From Oscillospiraceae bacterium (GTDB taxonomy: Bacteria; Bacillota; Clostridia; Oscillospirales; Oscillospiraceae): a stretch of DNA of 64,000 nt. Below are positions 52,349 to 61,520 of the stretch, piece after piece. Under the pieces are notes generated by a model. The model saw nothing but the letters and a program-made list of their open reading frames with translations. It had not been told where the DNA came from and did no database searches. The stretch covers positions 289 to 64,288 of the forward strand of contig JAAWNQ010000009.1 in the NCBI GenBank assembly GCA_022799035.1, in the 5' to 3' direction. Positions within the stretch are counted from its first letter, which is position 1, and each line of letters begins with the position of its first letter. The translations under genes and the position numbers were made by a program.

Positions 52349-53539
52349 TTACTCCCAGGGAAAAGCCGTCTCCTCCTCATAGGGGGCCAACATCTCCGGC
52401 CTTCCCTCCCCGTTGATGCAAAGCCCGTCCAGATAGGCCTCCCCCTCCCGTCCGGCGCTGTCAGTGTAGAGAAGGGACAGGATCACCCTATCTCCCCGCT
52501 TCAGCTCCAGGCCCTCCGCCGGGATGGCTGTCTCCTCCCGTTTCTCCAGGGACTTCTCCTCCCCGCTCCAAAAGAGCTCCCCGTTGACCCACAGCCGGAG
52601 ACAGCCCTTTTTCAACCCCAGATCCTGCCAGCCTTCGGCGGTCTTATACTGCCCCGGCCCAACGCTGTCCAGGTAGGCGTCCATCCGGTCCGCCACGATC
52701 TTTCCCTCCCGGCTACCCACCGACCAGCCCAGGTTGCCGTTAAAATTGAGTTTTGTGCCGCTCAGCAGATAGCTCTCCTCCCCCAGCTGCTGGGTCACCA
52801 CAGCCCCATCGCCCACAAACCCCACCGACAAAATGATGTTGTCGGTGAGGGGGCAGGTCAATTCCGCCGTGAAGGTCTGCCCCGCCCCCAGCGTTCCGGG
52901 GATCTCCACCGGCTCAAACTCCGCCCCCACGGCGGAGAACACCGCCCTCATCCCCTCCCGGTACTCCCGGGGGGTGGCGGTGAGGGAGAAGGTCACCGTC
53001 CCCCTCTCCAGATTCATCTCCAGGATCTCATAGCCCTTCCCGGCGGTGACGCTGTTCTGCTCCTCCAGGATCTCCCGCACCTGTCCGGTGAGGGAGCTGA
53101 TCTGCCGGGAGACCGTGTTGTCGATGTTGGATATATTATAATGTAGGCCCCCGATCTGGTTTTCCAGGTTGTGGATCCGGCTCATAAGGGCCCAGCCCGC
53201 CACTGCCACGGCCACCGCCGCCAGCACAAAAGGCCACCTCTTCCGCTTTTTGGGCTCCGCCGCGGGCGGGACCAGCCGCTGGGCGATGGCCTCCAGGGCC
53301 TTCAGCTCCCGCTGGGTGAGCTCGTGGTCCGGCCCCTCGCTCTCCTCCAGCCCCAAAAGGCTTCCCACCGACACCCCGAAAAGCTTGCTCATGGCAATAA
53401 GCTTATCCAGCTCGGGCACCGTGGCCCCCGACTCCCACTTGCTCACCGACTGCCGGGCCACCCCCAGCCTGTCCCCCAGCTCCTCCTGGGACATTCCGGC
53501 GGATTTCCGCAGGGCCTGTATCCGTTCACCCAAAGTCAT
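52349..53539 (-). CDS. XRE/Cro-C1 HTH protein with a TM helix and large C-terminal domain
   Basis: LGERIQALRKSAGMSQEELGDRLGVARQSVSKWESG; TM WPFVLAAVAVAVAGWALM. Confidence 0.88.
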   Translation of the reverse strand: MTLGERIQALRKSAGMSQEELGDRLGVARQSVSKWESGATVPELDKLIAMSKLFGVSVGSLLGLEESEGPDHELTQRELKALEAIAQRLVPPAAEPKKRKRWPFVLAAVAVAVAGWALMSRIHNLENQIGGLHYNISNIDNTVSRQISSLTGQVREILEEQNSVTAGKGYEILEMNLERGTVTFSLTATPREYREGMRAVFSAVGAEFEPVEIPGTLGAGQTFTAELTCPLTDNIILSVGFVGDGAVVTQQLGEESYLLSGTKLNFNGNLGWSVGSREGKIVADRMDAYLDSVGPGQYKTAEGWQDLGLKKGCLRLWVNGELFWSGEEKSLEKREETAIPAEGLELKRGDRVILSLLYTDSAGREGEAYLDGLCINGEGRPEMLAPYEEETAFPWE

Positions 53540-53717
53540 ACTCTCACTCCCCTTTCTGTTTCACAGGATAGCAGAAAGGCTTCCAAAAAGCTACCATCCG
53601 CCGGGTTCTTTTTGTCACCCGCCGGTTGCACGCATTGTCCCCCAAGGGTTTTCCCAGAAAAAGTTCCGCCCCACAGGGGCCGAATCCCGGCTCCCCATAC
53701 ACAGGTCTTTTCCCGTT

Positions 53718-55469
53718 TCACTTCCCCAGGGCGTATTTCTCCCCGTAGGCCGCCACCTGCCGCTGGAACTCGCCGCCCCCCTCCCGCATCTCCCGGAGGG
53801 ATTCGTGGACGTTCATCCCCTGGTGCTCCATCTCCATCACGCACCCGGCGATGTTGGAGCAGTGGTCGGCCACCCGCTCCAGGTCATTGAGCACGTCGGA
53901 CCAGATAAAACCGATCTCCAGGGAGCACTCCCCCTTCTGCATCCGCCGGATATGGCGGGAGCGCATCTCCTCCTTCAACCGGTCCACCACCTCCTCCAGG
54001 GGCTCCACCCGGACCGCGCTGCCCAGGTCGTTGTCCAAGAAAGCGGCCTGGGCCAGACCCAGGATCTCCTCCACCGCCCCGGACAGGATCTTCAGCTCCT
54101 CCCGGGCGGAGGCGGACAGGTCCCATTCCTTCTCCCCCAGGGTCTCCGCCGCCCCCAGCAGATTTACGCCGTGGTCGCCGATCCGCTCAAAGTCGCCCAT
54201 CAGCTTTAACAGCTTGGCGGCCTGGGCGCTGTCCTCCCCGCTGATGATGGGGCTGGCGCTGAGCTTTACCAGATAGGTGCTCAAAATATCCTCATAGTGG
54301 TCGATCCGCTCCTCATTTTTCCGGAGCTTCGCCGCCCGATCCGGGTCATAGGCCGTCAGGGACCGAAGCCCCATCCCCAGGTCCTCCACCGCAAGGCCGG
54401 CCATCTCCACCGCCACCTCCCGGCACCGCTCCAGAGCCACCGCCGGTGTCCACAGCAGACGCTCATCCAGCTTGGCTAGCTCCTCAGTCCCCTTCCCCTC
54501 AGGCACCAGCCGGTTGACCAATGCCTCCAGCGCTCCCGCCAGGGGCAGCATAAGAAGGGTACACAGCACATTGAACACCGAATGGGCCACCGCGATCCCC
54601 CACAGGGAGGCCGGCCCCTCCAAAAATCCGGGCCGCAGCAGCAGCCGCACCAGGCAGAACACCGACAGCCACACGGCGGTACCAATGACGTTAAAGAGCA
54701 GATGGACCATGGCCGTCCGCTTGGCGTTCCGGTTGGCCCCCACCGAGGAGAGCATGGCTGTGGCGCAGGTGCCGATATTCTGCCCCATGATGATGGGGAT
54801 GGCCGCCCCGTAGCTCACCTGCCCCGTCACGGCCAGGGCCTGCAAAATACCCACCGAGGCGGAGCTGGACTGGATCACCGCCGTCAGCACCGCCCCCGCC
54901 AGCACCCCCAAAACAGGATTCCGGAAGGCCACAAAGAGCTGCTGGAACCCGGGCAGCTCCCCCAGTCCCGCCACCGCTTTGGACATGGTCTCCATGCCGA
55001 ACATCAGCGTGGCGAAGCCCAGCAGGATAGTCCCCGTGTCCCGCCGCTTGTCCTTCTTCCCCGTCATGTAAAGGACCACCCCCAAAAGGGCCAGCACCGG
55101 AGTGAAGGAGGAGGGCTTGAGCAGCTTCACCCACAGGTTTCCGCTGTCCAATCCCGCCAGACTCAACACCCAGGCGGTGACGGTGGTCCCTACATTGGCC
55201 CCCATAATGACATAGATGGCCTGCTTCAAGGTCATAAGTCCGGAGTTGACAAAGCCCACCACCATCACCGTGGTGGCCGAGGAGCTCTGGATCACCGCCG
55301 TCACTCCCATACCGGTGAGCAGTCCCGCCACGGGGCTTCCCGTGATTTTTCCCAGCAGGCTGCGAAGCTGTCGCCCCGCCCGCCGCTCCAGGGCCTCCCC
55401 CATGACGCTCATGCCGAACAGAAACAGGCTCAGTCCTCCCAGCATGGTCAACAGATCAAAAATGTCCAT
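53718..55469 (-). CDS. Na/Pi cotransporter family protein with PhoU-like domains
   Basis: Twice-repeated AVIQSSSA motif, GANVGTT/GQNIGTC, ERIGDH/ERVADH. Confidence 0.93.
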   Translation of the reverse strand: MDIFDLLTMLGGLSLFLFGMSVMGEALERRAGRQLRSLLGKITGSPVAGLLTGMGVTAVIQSSSATTVMVVGFVNSGLMTLKQAIYVIMGANVGTTVTAWVLSLAGLDSGNLWVKLLKPSSFTPVLALLGVVLYMTGKKDKRRDTGTILLGFATLMFGMETMSKAVAGLGELPGFQQLFVAFRNPVLGVLAGAVLTAVIQSSSASVGILQALAVTGQVSYGAAIPIIMGQNIGTCATAMLSSVGANRNAKRTAMVHLLFNVIGTAVWLSVFCLVRLLLRPGFLEGPASLWGIAVAHSVFNVLCTLLMLPLAGALEALVNRLVPEGKGTEELAKLDERLLWTPAVALERCREVAVEMAGLAVEDLGMGLRSLTAYDPDRAAKLRKNEERIDHYEDILSTYLVKLSASPIISGEDSAQAAKLLKLMGDFERIGDHGVNLLGAAETLGEKEWDLSASAREELKILSGAVEEILGLAQAAFLDNDLGSAVRVEPLEEVVDRLKEEMRSRHIRRMQKGECSLEIGFIWSDVLNDLERVADHCSNIAGCVMEMEHQGMNVHESLREMREGGGEFQRQVAAYGEKYALGK

Positions 55470-55542
55470 ATTTCATCTCCCTTTTCCTAAAAAATAGTAT
55501 ATCCAGATCGGTTTGGGTCAACCGTTATTGTTCCAAAGAAGA

Positions 55543-55591
55543 AAAAAGCGAGACTTTGCCGCAAAAATTTTGCGGCAAAGTCTCGCTTTTT
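55543..55591 (-). terminator. Riboswitch expression-platform terminator
   Basis: 24-bp perfect inverted repeat aaaaagcgagactttgccgcaaaa/ttttgcggcaaagtctcgcttttt overlapping the aptamer 3' strand, upstream of Na/Pi start codon. Confidence 0.8.
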
Positions 55592-55677
55592 CATTACAAA
55601 ACCGGGCTCCCCTTGGGAGCCGTACTGACGGCCAAGTAAACATGGATACCCTCCCATGCAAGCTACTCCCTTTTCCA
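55574..55677 (-). ncRNA. yybP-ykoY (Mn2+) riboswitch aptamer
   Basis: Ordered hallmark segments AAAGGGAGUAGC, CCGUCAGUAC, CCGG, GCGAGACUUU; TTGACG...TATACT promoter immediately upstream. Confidence 0.75.
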
Positions 55678-55792
55678 AAAAGAGTATATCCTGCCAGGAG
55701 TCCTTTCGTCAAGTCCGCGTTTTCAACAGATTCCCCGTTTCAGTCTGCCCCCGTCATGGGCATTTCACCCACAAGCCTGTCCCTGTATCCTC

Positions 55793-56653
55793 TCATTCAT
55801 TCTCCCCCAAGGCTTTCAGGGCCGCATCCTTGGCCTTCTCCACCTCCAGGGACCGTCCGGTAAAGTGCTCCAGGGCCAGAATGGCCTGGTGGAGGAGCAT
55901 CCCCATACCGTTCATGGCGGGGTGGCCCAGCTCCTTGGCCCTTCTCAGCAGGGCGGTCTCTGCCGGGGCGTAGATCAGATCGCACACCGCCGCCCCGGCC
56001 GGCAGGGCCTCCAGAAAGCGGAGATCCTCAAACTCCGATCCCGTCCCCTCCATGCCCAGGGGCGTACAGTTCACCAGAACGTCACACTCCTCCGCCAGCC
56101 GCTTTAGCTCCCCGGGGGAAAATCCCGCCGGGGTCATTCTGTCCGGGTCCAGATCACAGAGGGCCTCCGATTTAGTTACAGAACGGTTACATACTGTAAC
56201 CAAATTGTTACTATTTGCCAGCGCCAGCCCCACCGCCTTGGCGGCTCCCCCAGCCCCCAGGAGGAGCACCCGCTTTCCCCATCCCTCCCCCGTCAGCTCA
56301 GTCAAAGCCCGGAGAAATCCGGGGCCGTCGGTGTTAAATCCGTAATATTCCCCGTTTTTAATACAAACTGTATTCACCGCTCCGCACTTTTCCGCCAGGG
56401 GATCCAGGCTGTCCATCCAGCCCACCAGCTCCTCCTTGTGGGGCATGGTGGCGTTGAAGCCGGCGTATCCGGCCACGGAGGCGGCCTTCAGCCACTCCCC
56501 GACCCGCCCTTTGGGAACGGGCTGACAGAGGTAGATATAGTCCAGACCAAAAGCGGAGATCATGGCATTCTGAATAAGAGGGGACTTGGAATGGAGGACC
56601 GGATCGCCGATGACGCAGAGCTTTTTTGTTGTGTTGGTCAAGGTTACCTTCAT
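55793..56653 (-). CDS. aroE: Shikimate dehydrogenase
   Basis: GDPVLHSKSP, NATMPHK, GAVNTV, NTDG, LLGAGGAA. Confidence 0.96.
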   Translation of the reverse strand: MKVTLTNTTKKLCVIGDPVLHSKSPLIQNAMISAFGLDYIYLCQPVPKGRVGEWLKAASVAGYAGFNATMPHKEELVGWMDSLDPLAEKCGAVNTVCIKNGEYYGFNTDGPGFLRALTELTGEGWGKRVLLLGAGGAAKAVGLALANSNNLVTVCNRSVTKSEALCDLDPDRMTPAGFSPGELKRLAEECDVLVNCTPLGMEGTGSEFEDLRFLEALPAGAAVCDLIYAPAETALLRRAKELGHPAMNGMGMLLHQAILALEHFTGRSLEVEKAKDAALKALGENE

Positions 56654-56883
56654 ATTCAGACCACTTCCCTGAGGGTGTTATTTTTCCGACCGGTCATATC
56701 TCTTATCCCCCATATCCCCCTGAGGAACCACACCTTTCCCCAAAATAATTTTTTGCTTCCATTTGGGAGAAAAGAGAGGAAATTTTTAAGCTCTGTATTC
56801 TCTCGGAGCTTGTCACGGGGTTTTATTGCCCCATATGGGGCATAGCAGTCATTTTTCACATTCCATTTGACAAGCTCGCCTGA

Positions 56884-57276
56884 TCACTTGATAAAAGCAT
56901 TGATCAAAATTGAACCATTGTCCGTTGTCACCTGGAGCGTTCCCCAATCAAAGAGCAGTGAGCCATTCTCGCCTGTTCCTGTGGAAGTAGACTTGTAGTG
57001 TTCCATAAGGGTACTGTAGTCGGCTTCGTCCGTATCGTTAAAGGTTACAGTCAAAATGGAGTTGTAATCCGGATCGTCGGTTATGCCGTCAGAAAAGCTG
57101 CAATTCCCCAATGTGCCCACTGTTATCTCTAACGCATCAGGAATTTTAGCGTTATCAATTTGAGGGAATGTACTATTTTGCAGACTGTCCCCATTCCCGC
57201 AAGAGGTCAGCGCCGTGATCAAGACAATACCGGCACATAAAACAGGTATCATTCTTTGACTTCTTATTTTTTTCAT
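56884..57276 (-). CDS. AT-rich hypothetical lipoprotein
   Basis: MKKIRSQRMIPVLCAGIVLITALTSC lipobox; start 57276 or 57282. Confidence 0.7.
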   Translation of the reverse strand: MKKIRSQRMIPVLCAGIVLITALTSCGNGDSLQNSTFPQIDNAKIPDALEITVGTLGNCSFSDGITDDPDYNSILTVTFNDTDEADYSTLMEHYKSTSTGTGENGSLLFDWGTLQVTTDNGSILINAFIK

Positions 57277-57356
57277 CGTCATACCCTTATTATCTTCAAA
57301 GTGATGATATCCGCCTGTGCCAAGGGGCTGTATATTCATTGACCCAGGGCGCCGGG

Positions 57357-57794
57357 TCATCTTTTCCCGCGCGGATCCAAAAAATATCCCATGGCCGCCT
57401 CGTAGCCATAAAGACCCAGGCCGGTGATCTGACCTACGCAGCCGGGGGCGGTGACGCTTTTATGGCGGAACTCCTCCCGCCGGTGGATATTGGAGATGTG
57501 GACCTCCACGCAGGGCACCTCCACCGCCTTCAGGGCATCCAGAATGGCCACGGAATAGTGGGTGTAAGCCCCGGGATTCAGGATGATGGCATCATAAACC
57601 CCCTGGGCGGCCTGGATGGCGTCCACGATGGCCCCCTCGTGGTTGGACTGGAAGCACTCCGCCGTAGAGCCGTGGGCGGCGGCGAATGCCTTCAGCCTTT
57701 CGCAGAGGGCCTGGTACCCCTCCCTGCCGTAGACCTCCGGCTCCCGCTGGCCCAGCAGGTTCAGGTTGGGACCGTTGATAATGAGAAATTTCAT
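57357..57794 (-). CDS. aroQ: Type II 3-dehydroquinate dehydratase
   Basis: INGPNLNLLGQREPEVYG, FQSNHEG, NPGAYTH, EVHISN; ATG 57794 overlaps aroK stop. Confidence 0.96.
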   Translation of the reverse strand: MKFLIINGPNLNLLGQREPEVYGREGYQALCERLKAFAAAHGSTAECFQSNHEGAIVDAIQAAQGVYDAIILNPGAYTHYSVAILDALKAVEVPCVEVHISNIHRREEFRHKSVTAPGCVGQITGLGLYGYEAAMGYFLDPRGKR

Positions 57795-58324
57795 GGCGTT
57801 TTGCTCCCTTCTGTATTGTCCCAGGAGGCGATGGTCTCCACCGCCTCCTTCACCCGGGCGGCGGTGGAGATGGGGGAGGTAAAGTCCCTCACGGTAGCGT
57901 CGGCCCATTTTTCGTAGATGGGGGCCCGCTGGGCGGTCCTCTCCAGAAAGGCCGCCCGTCCCTCCTGAGCCAGGGGGCGGCCGGTCATGTCTCCGGTGTC
58001 GAAAATGTCCCCGGGGTCCCGGTCCAGCCAGATCACGATACCGCTCTGTTTTAAGGCGGACATGGCTCCCTCCTGGAGGGGGAGGCCCCCGCCGCAGGCG
58101 ATGATAAGGTCCTGCCGGAGGGAGAGGGCCTGGGCTACCCCCACCTCCAGAGAGCGGAAGTAGGGCTCCCCCTGGGTCTCAAAGATCTCCGGAATGGTCA
58201 TGCCCTCCTGTCGCTCGATGAGTTTGTCGGTGTCCACCAGGGTACGCTTCAGCCGCGAGGCCAGAAGCTCCCCCACGGTAGTCTTGCCGCAGCCCATCAT
58301 GCCGATGAGGATGATGTTTTTCAT
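57791..58324 (-). CDS. aroK: Shikimate kinase
   Basis: GMMGCGKTT, CGGG, RPL. Confidence 0.95.
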   Translation of the reverse strand: MKNIILIGMMGCGKTTVGELLASRLKRTLVDTDKLIERQEGMTIPEIFETQGEPYFRSLEVGVAQALSLRQDLIIACGGGLPLQEGAMSALKQSGIVIWLDRDPGDIFDTGDMTGRPLAQEGRAAFLERTAQRAPIYEKWADATVRDFTSPISTAARVKEAVETIASWDNTEGSKTP

Positions 58325-58354
58325 GTCCTGTTCTTCCTCTCTTCCTCTGTCCTG

Positions 58355-58927
58355 TCACATTCTCCAATAGGGGTTTTCTTTGTCATAGCGGCTGACCATG
58401 ATAAACCAGTTTTTGTTCAGACGCTTTTGATAAAAGCGGTAACCGCCCCACTCCGGGTTGCCGGGGTCGTGGGAGTAGGTCAGGCTTCCATTTGCGGAAT
58501 AGACCAGATCCCCTTTCCGCACGGAATACCAAATTTCGCAGGGGGAGTCCGTTTGCCGGTCCCCGCACCCAAAGAGAAAATCATAGACCTCTATGTAGAA
58601 TACGCCCGCTTCCCACAGGGTGGGCACCGTTTCAGCCAAAGAGGAATAATTCTCCGGATTTTGAGGCTGCTTTCTCACCGTGAGGGAGGCGATTTTTCCA
58701 TCCCTCAGGTAGAGTTGGATATAGGGGTCTGATGTTCCCTCGCTCCATGGCTCCTCCTGTTCTATTTCCCGCAGCATGGCTTCAAGCTGGACAGAAAAGA
58801 GATTGAAGGAGGTCTTATACTTTTGGTAGGCGACCCAGGGGGCAAGGAATTTAAGCTGGGAAAGGGTCAGCACTCCCACTGTCAGGCAGAGGGCCCAGGT
58901 AAAAAGGCGTTTCTCCGCTCTGCTCAT
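58355..58927 (-). CDS. Hypothetical membrane-anchored protein
   Basis: N-terminal TM; ATGA overlap with pheA stop; no recognisable family. Confidence 0.7.
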   Translation of the reverse strand: MSRAEKRLFTWALCLTVGVLTLSQLKFLAPWVAYQKYKTSFNLFSVQLEAMLREIEQEEPWSEGTSDPYIQLYLRDGKIASLTVRKQPQNPENYSSLAETVPTLWEAGVFYIEVYDFLFGCGDRQTDSPCEIWYSVRKGDLVYSANGSLTYSHDPGNPEWGGYRFYQKRLNKNWFIMVSRYDKENPYWRM

Positions 58928-60081
58928 CCCTCATACCCCTTGAAATTCCCCAGGATCCGAAAGTCCGCCGAGAGCTGGCTGAGCTCGTGGAGGACGCCGT
59001 CCATGCCGGGGGCGGTGAGGTCCCCGGTGAACTCCGCGAAGAAACGGTATTCCCAGCCCCGGTCGGGGATGGGCCGGGACTCCAGCTTCACCATGTTCAG
59101 GCCGTAGACGGCGAAGATGGTGAGGATCTCGTGGAGGGAGCCGGCCTGGTGGGGCAGGGTGAACACCGCGGCGATTTTGTCCCGGCCCTGGCGCAGCTCC
59201 AGCCGGGGGGAGACCGCCACGAAGCGGGTAAAGTTGGCGGTGTTGTGGTTGATGGGGCAGGCCAGCACCTCCAGGCCATAGAGCCGGGCGGCCCGTTTGG
59301 AGCAGATGGCGGCGGCGGTCTTGTCCCCTGTCTCCTTCACCTGCCGGGCCGAGCCCGCCGTGTCCAGGGTGGGGACCCGCTCCCAGCCCCGGTGGCCGTC
59401 CAGGAACCGGTCGCACTGCATAAGGCCCTGCTCATGGGAGTAGACCGTCCGGATGTCCTCCAGGGTCACCCCGGGGAGAACGGCCAGACAGTGCTCCACC
59501 TTCACCTGCCACTCCCCCACCAGGGAGAAATCATACTGGGCCAGGAGGTCATAGACCTGGCGGATGGAGCCGGTGGAGGAATTCTCAATGGGAAGCATGG
59601 CGTAATCCGCCTCATCCCGGGCCAGGGCCTGGAACACATCGTTGAACCAGGGAAGGCCCTGGGAGCGGATATCCTCCCCGAAAAATCCGGCGGCGGCCTC
59701 CTCGCTGTAAGCCCCCGGCTCCCCCTGGTAGACTACCCGGGGTCTCTCCACCGGCTCCCGCCGGGTCCCGTAGGTCTTGAGCCACTGGGCATAGCCGGGA
59801 TCCTCGCTCCCCTCCCGGACCAGCTTTCGCTGTTGGCGGCGGGAGATGGCCATGATGGACTCGTAGAGGGAGGCCACCTCCGCCTTTTGGGCAGGGTCGG
59901 GGGCCAGGGCGGTCTTGGCGGCCAGGACCTGCTGTTCCCGTCCGCTGTCCAGCACGGGGAGGCCGTTCTGCTTTTTGTATTCGCCCACCTTTTGGGTCAC
60001 CGTCATCCGCTCCAGAAAGAGGGGGACGAGCTTGGCGTCGATGGAATCGATCTGGACCCGGTAGTCGTCTAACAGGGACAT
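58924..60081 (-). CDS. pheA: Chorismate mutase / prephenate dehydratase (P-protein)
   Basis: RVQIDSID CM domain, YQGEPGAYSE, PIENS, SHEQG, NFTRF, ESRP ACT motif. Confidence 0.96.
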   Translation of the reverse strand: MSLLDDYRVQIDSIDAKLVPLFLERMTVTQKVGEYKKQNGLPVLDSGREQQVLAAKTALAPDPAQKAEVASLYESIMAISRRQQRKLVREGSEDPGYAQWLKTYGTRREPVERPRVVYQGEPGAYSEEAAAGFFGEDIRSQGLPWFNDVFQALARDEADYAMLPIENSSTGSIRQVYDLLAQYDFSLVGEWQVKVEHCLAVLPGVTLEDIRTVYSHEQGLMQCDRFLDGHRGWERVPTLDTAGSARQVKETGDKTAAAICSKRAARLYGLEVLACPINHNTANFTRFVAVSPRLELRQGRDKIAAVFTLPHQAGSLHEILTIFAVYGLNMVKLESRPIPDRGWEYRFFAEFTGDLTAPGMDGVLHELSQLSADFRILGNFKGYEG

Positions 60082-60095
60082 AGCCTATCTCTCCT

Positions 60096-61139
60096 TTATA
60101 TGCCTAAGACCTCACAGGCCGCCAGGGCAGCCGCCGCCTCGATGACGGGGACGGCCCGGTGGACCACGCAGGGGTCGTGGCGGCCGGTAATCTCGATCTC
60201 CACTTCCTCCCCGGTGCGCAGGTCCACACTCTCCTGGGGAAGGCCGATGGAGGGGGTGGGACGAAGGGTGGCCTCAAAGACCACGGGCATACCGTTGGTA
60301 ATGCCGCCGTTGATCCCTCCGGCGTGGTTGGTTTTGGTGAGGACCTTGCCGTCCTTCACCTCAAAGGGGTCGTTGGCCTCGGTGCCCCGCATATAGGAGA
60401 AGCCCACCCCAGCCCCGAAGGCTACCGCTTTCACGGCGGGGACGGCGAAGAGGTATTGGGAGAAGATCCCCTCCACGTTACGCCCAAAGTCGGGGGCTCC
60501 AAACCCGGCGGGGAGACCTGCCACTACACATTCGATGGAGCCGCCCACCGAATCCTGGTCATTTTTCGCCTCCAGAATGGCTTGGCGCATTTCTTCGCCC
60601 CTGGCGTCGTCCAGAACGGGGAATGGCTTGTCCGCTATGGCTTTCAGCTCCTCCACGTCCTCCCAGGCCCGGTCCAGAATGCCGTAGATGGCGCTGATGT
60701 GGGACCACACCCAGACGCCCTGTTGGGCCAGGAGCTGTTTGGCCACCGCTCCCGCCGCCACCAGGGGGGCGGTGAGCCGGCCGGAGAAATGGCCGCCCCC
60801 CCGGTAGTCCAGGTTTCCCTTGCTCCCGATGAATCCGGCGTAATCCCCGTGGCTGGGCCGGGGGGTATAGCGGAGGGCCTCATAGTCGGTGGAGTGCTGG
60901 TCGGAATTTTGGATGACCAGAGTCAGCGGGGTCCCGGTGGTCTTCCCCTCAAAGAGACCGGAGAGAATATGAACCTGGTCGGCCTCCCGCCGGGAGGTGG
61001 ACAGGCCGTCGGGCTTGGGGGCGCGGCGGGAAAGCTCCCTGCCCATGAGCTCCATATCCACTTCCAGTCCCGGGGTGACCCCCTCCAGGGTCACCCCGAT
61101 GGCGGGGCCGTGGGATTCGCCAAAGATGGTGTATCTCAT
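60096..61139 (-). CDS. aroC: Chorismate synthase
   Basis: GESHG, RPSHGD, GGGHFSGR, GRHDPC. Confidence 0.98.
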   Translation of the reverse strand: MRYTIFGESHGPAIGVTLEGVTPGLEVDMELMGRELSRRAPKPDGLSTSRREADQVHILSGLFEGKTTGTPLTLVIQNSDQHSTDYEALRYTPRPSHGDYAGFIGSKGNLDYRGGGHFSGRLTAPLVAAGAVAKQLLAQQGVWVWSHISAIYGILDRAWEDVEELKAIADKPFPVLDDARGEEMRQAILEAKNDQDSVGGSIECVVAGLPAGFGAPDFGRNVEGIFSQYLFAVPAVKAVAFGAGVGFSYMRGTEANDPFEVKDGKVLTKTNHAGGINGGITNGMPVVFEATLRPTPSIGLPQESVDLRTGEEVEIEITGRHDPCVVHRAVPVIEAAAALAACEVLGI

Positions 61140-61142
61140 CGC

Positions 61143-61520
61143 TCAAACCTCCCTGATCTTTTTGCCCAGACCCAGCTCCCGCCGCCACTGGGGAGGGGGA
61201 CCGTCGTCCCCCCAGTATTCGTCCATAGCGGCGATCCTGCCGCCGTCCAGTTGTATAAAGGAGACCACGTGGAAGGAGACCGCCGGATCCCAGGCGGCGG
61301 ATACGTGGACGGCGGTGATGACAAGGTCTCTCACCGTCTCGGTCCGCAGGACCTCCCCGGCCCAATGGCCGGGATACTCGCAGTTGGCCCGGATGAACTC
61401 CTCCGAGGTAAACTCCTCGTTGGTGTTGGGCCAGCGGATGACGGCAGAGGGGGAGAGAAACTCTCTCATGGCGGCGGCGTTCTGGCTGAGAACAGCCTGC
61501 CAATAGGCGTGAATGTTCAT
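61143..61520 (-). CDS. SnoaL/NTF2-like protein
   Basis: MNIHAYWQAV...VIRWPNTNE...ANCEYPGHW...DEYWGDDG; ATG overlaps aroA stop. Confidence 0.75.
   Translation of the reverse strand: MNIHAYWQAVLSQNAAAMREFLSPSAVIRWPNTNEEFTSEEFIRANCEYPGHWAGEVLRTETVRDLVITAVHVSAAWDPAVSFHVVSFIQLDGGRIAAMDEYWGDDGPPPQWRRELGLGKKIREV

Noticed and set aside
55543-55591. 24-bp perfect palindrome as a MITE or cruciform element
   Set aside because: Better explained as the riboswitch terminator overlapping the aptamer.
56656-56859. 67-aa ORF in the AT-rich insert
   Set aside because: No convincing RBS or recognisable features; probably spurious.
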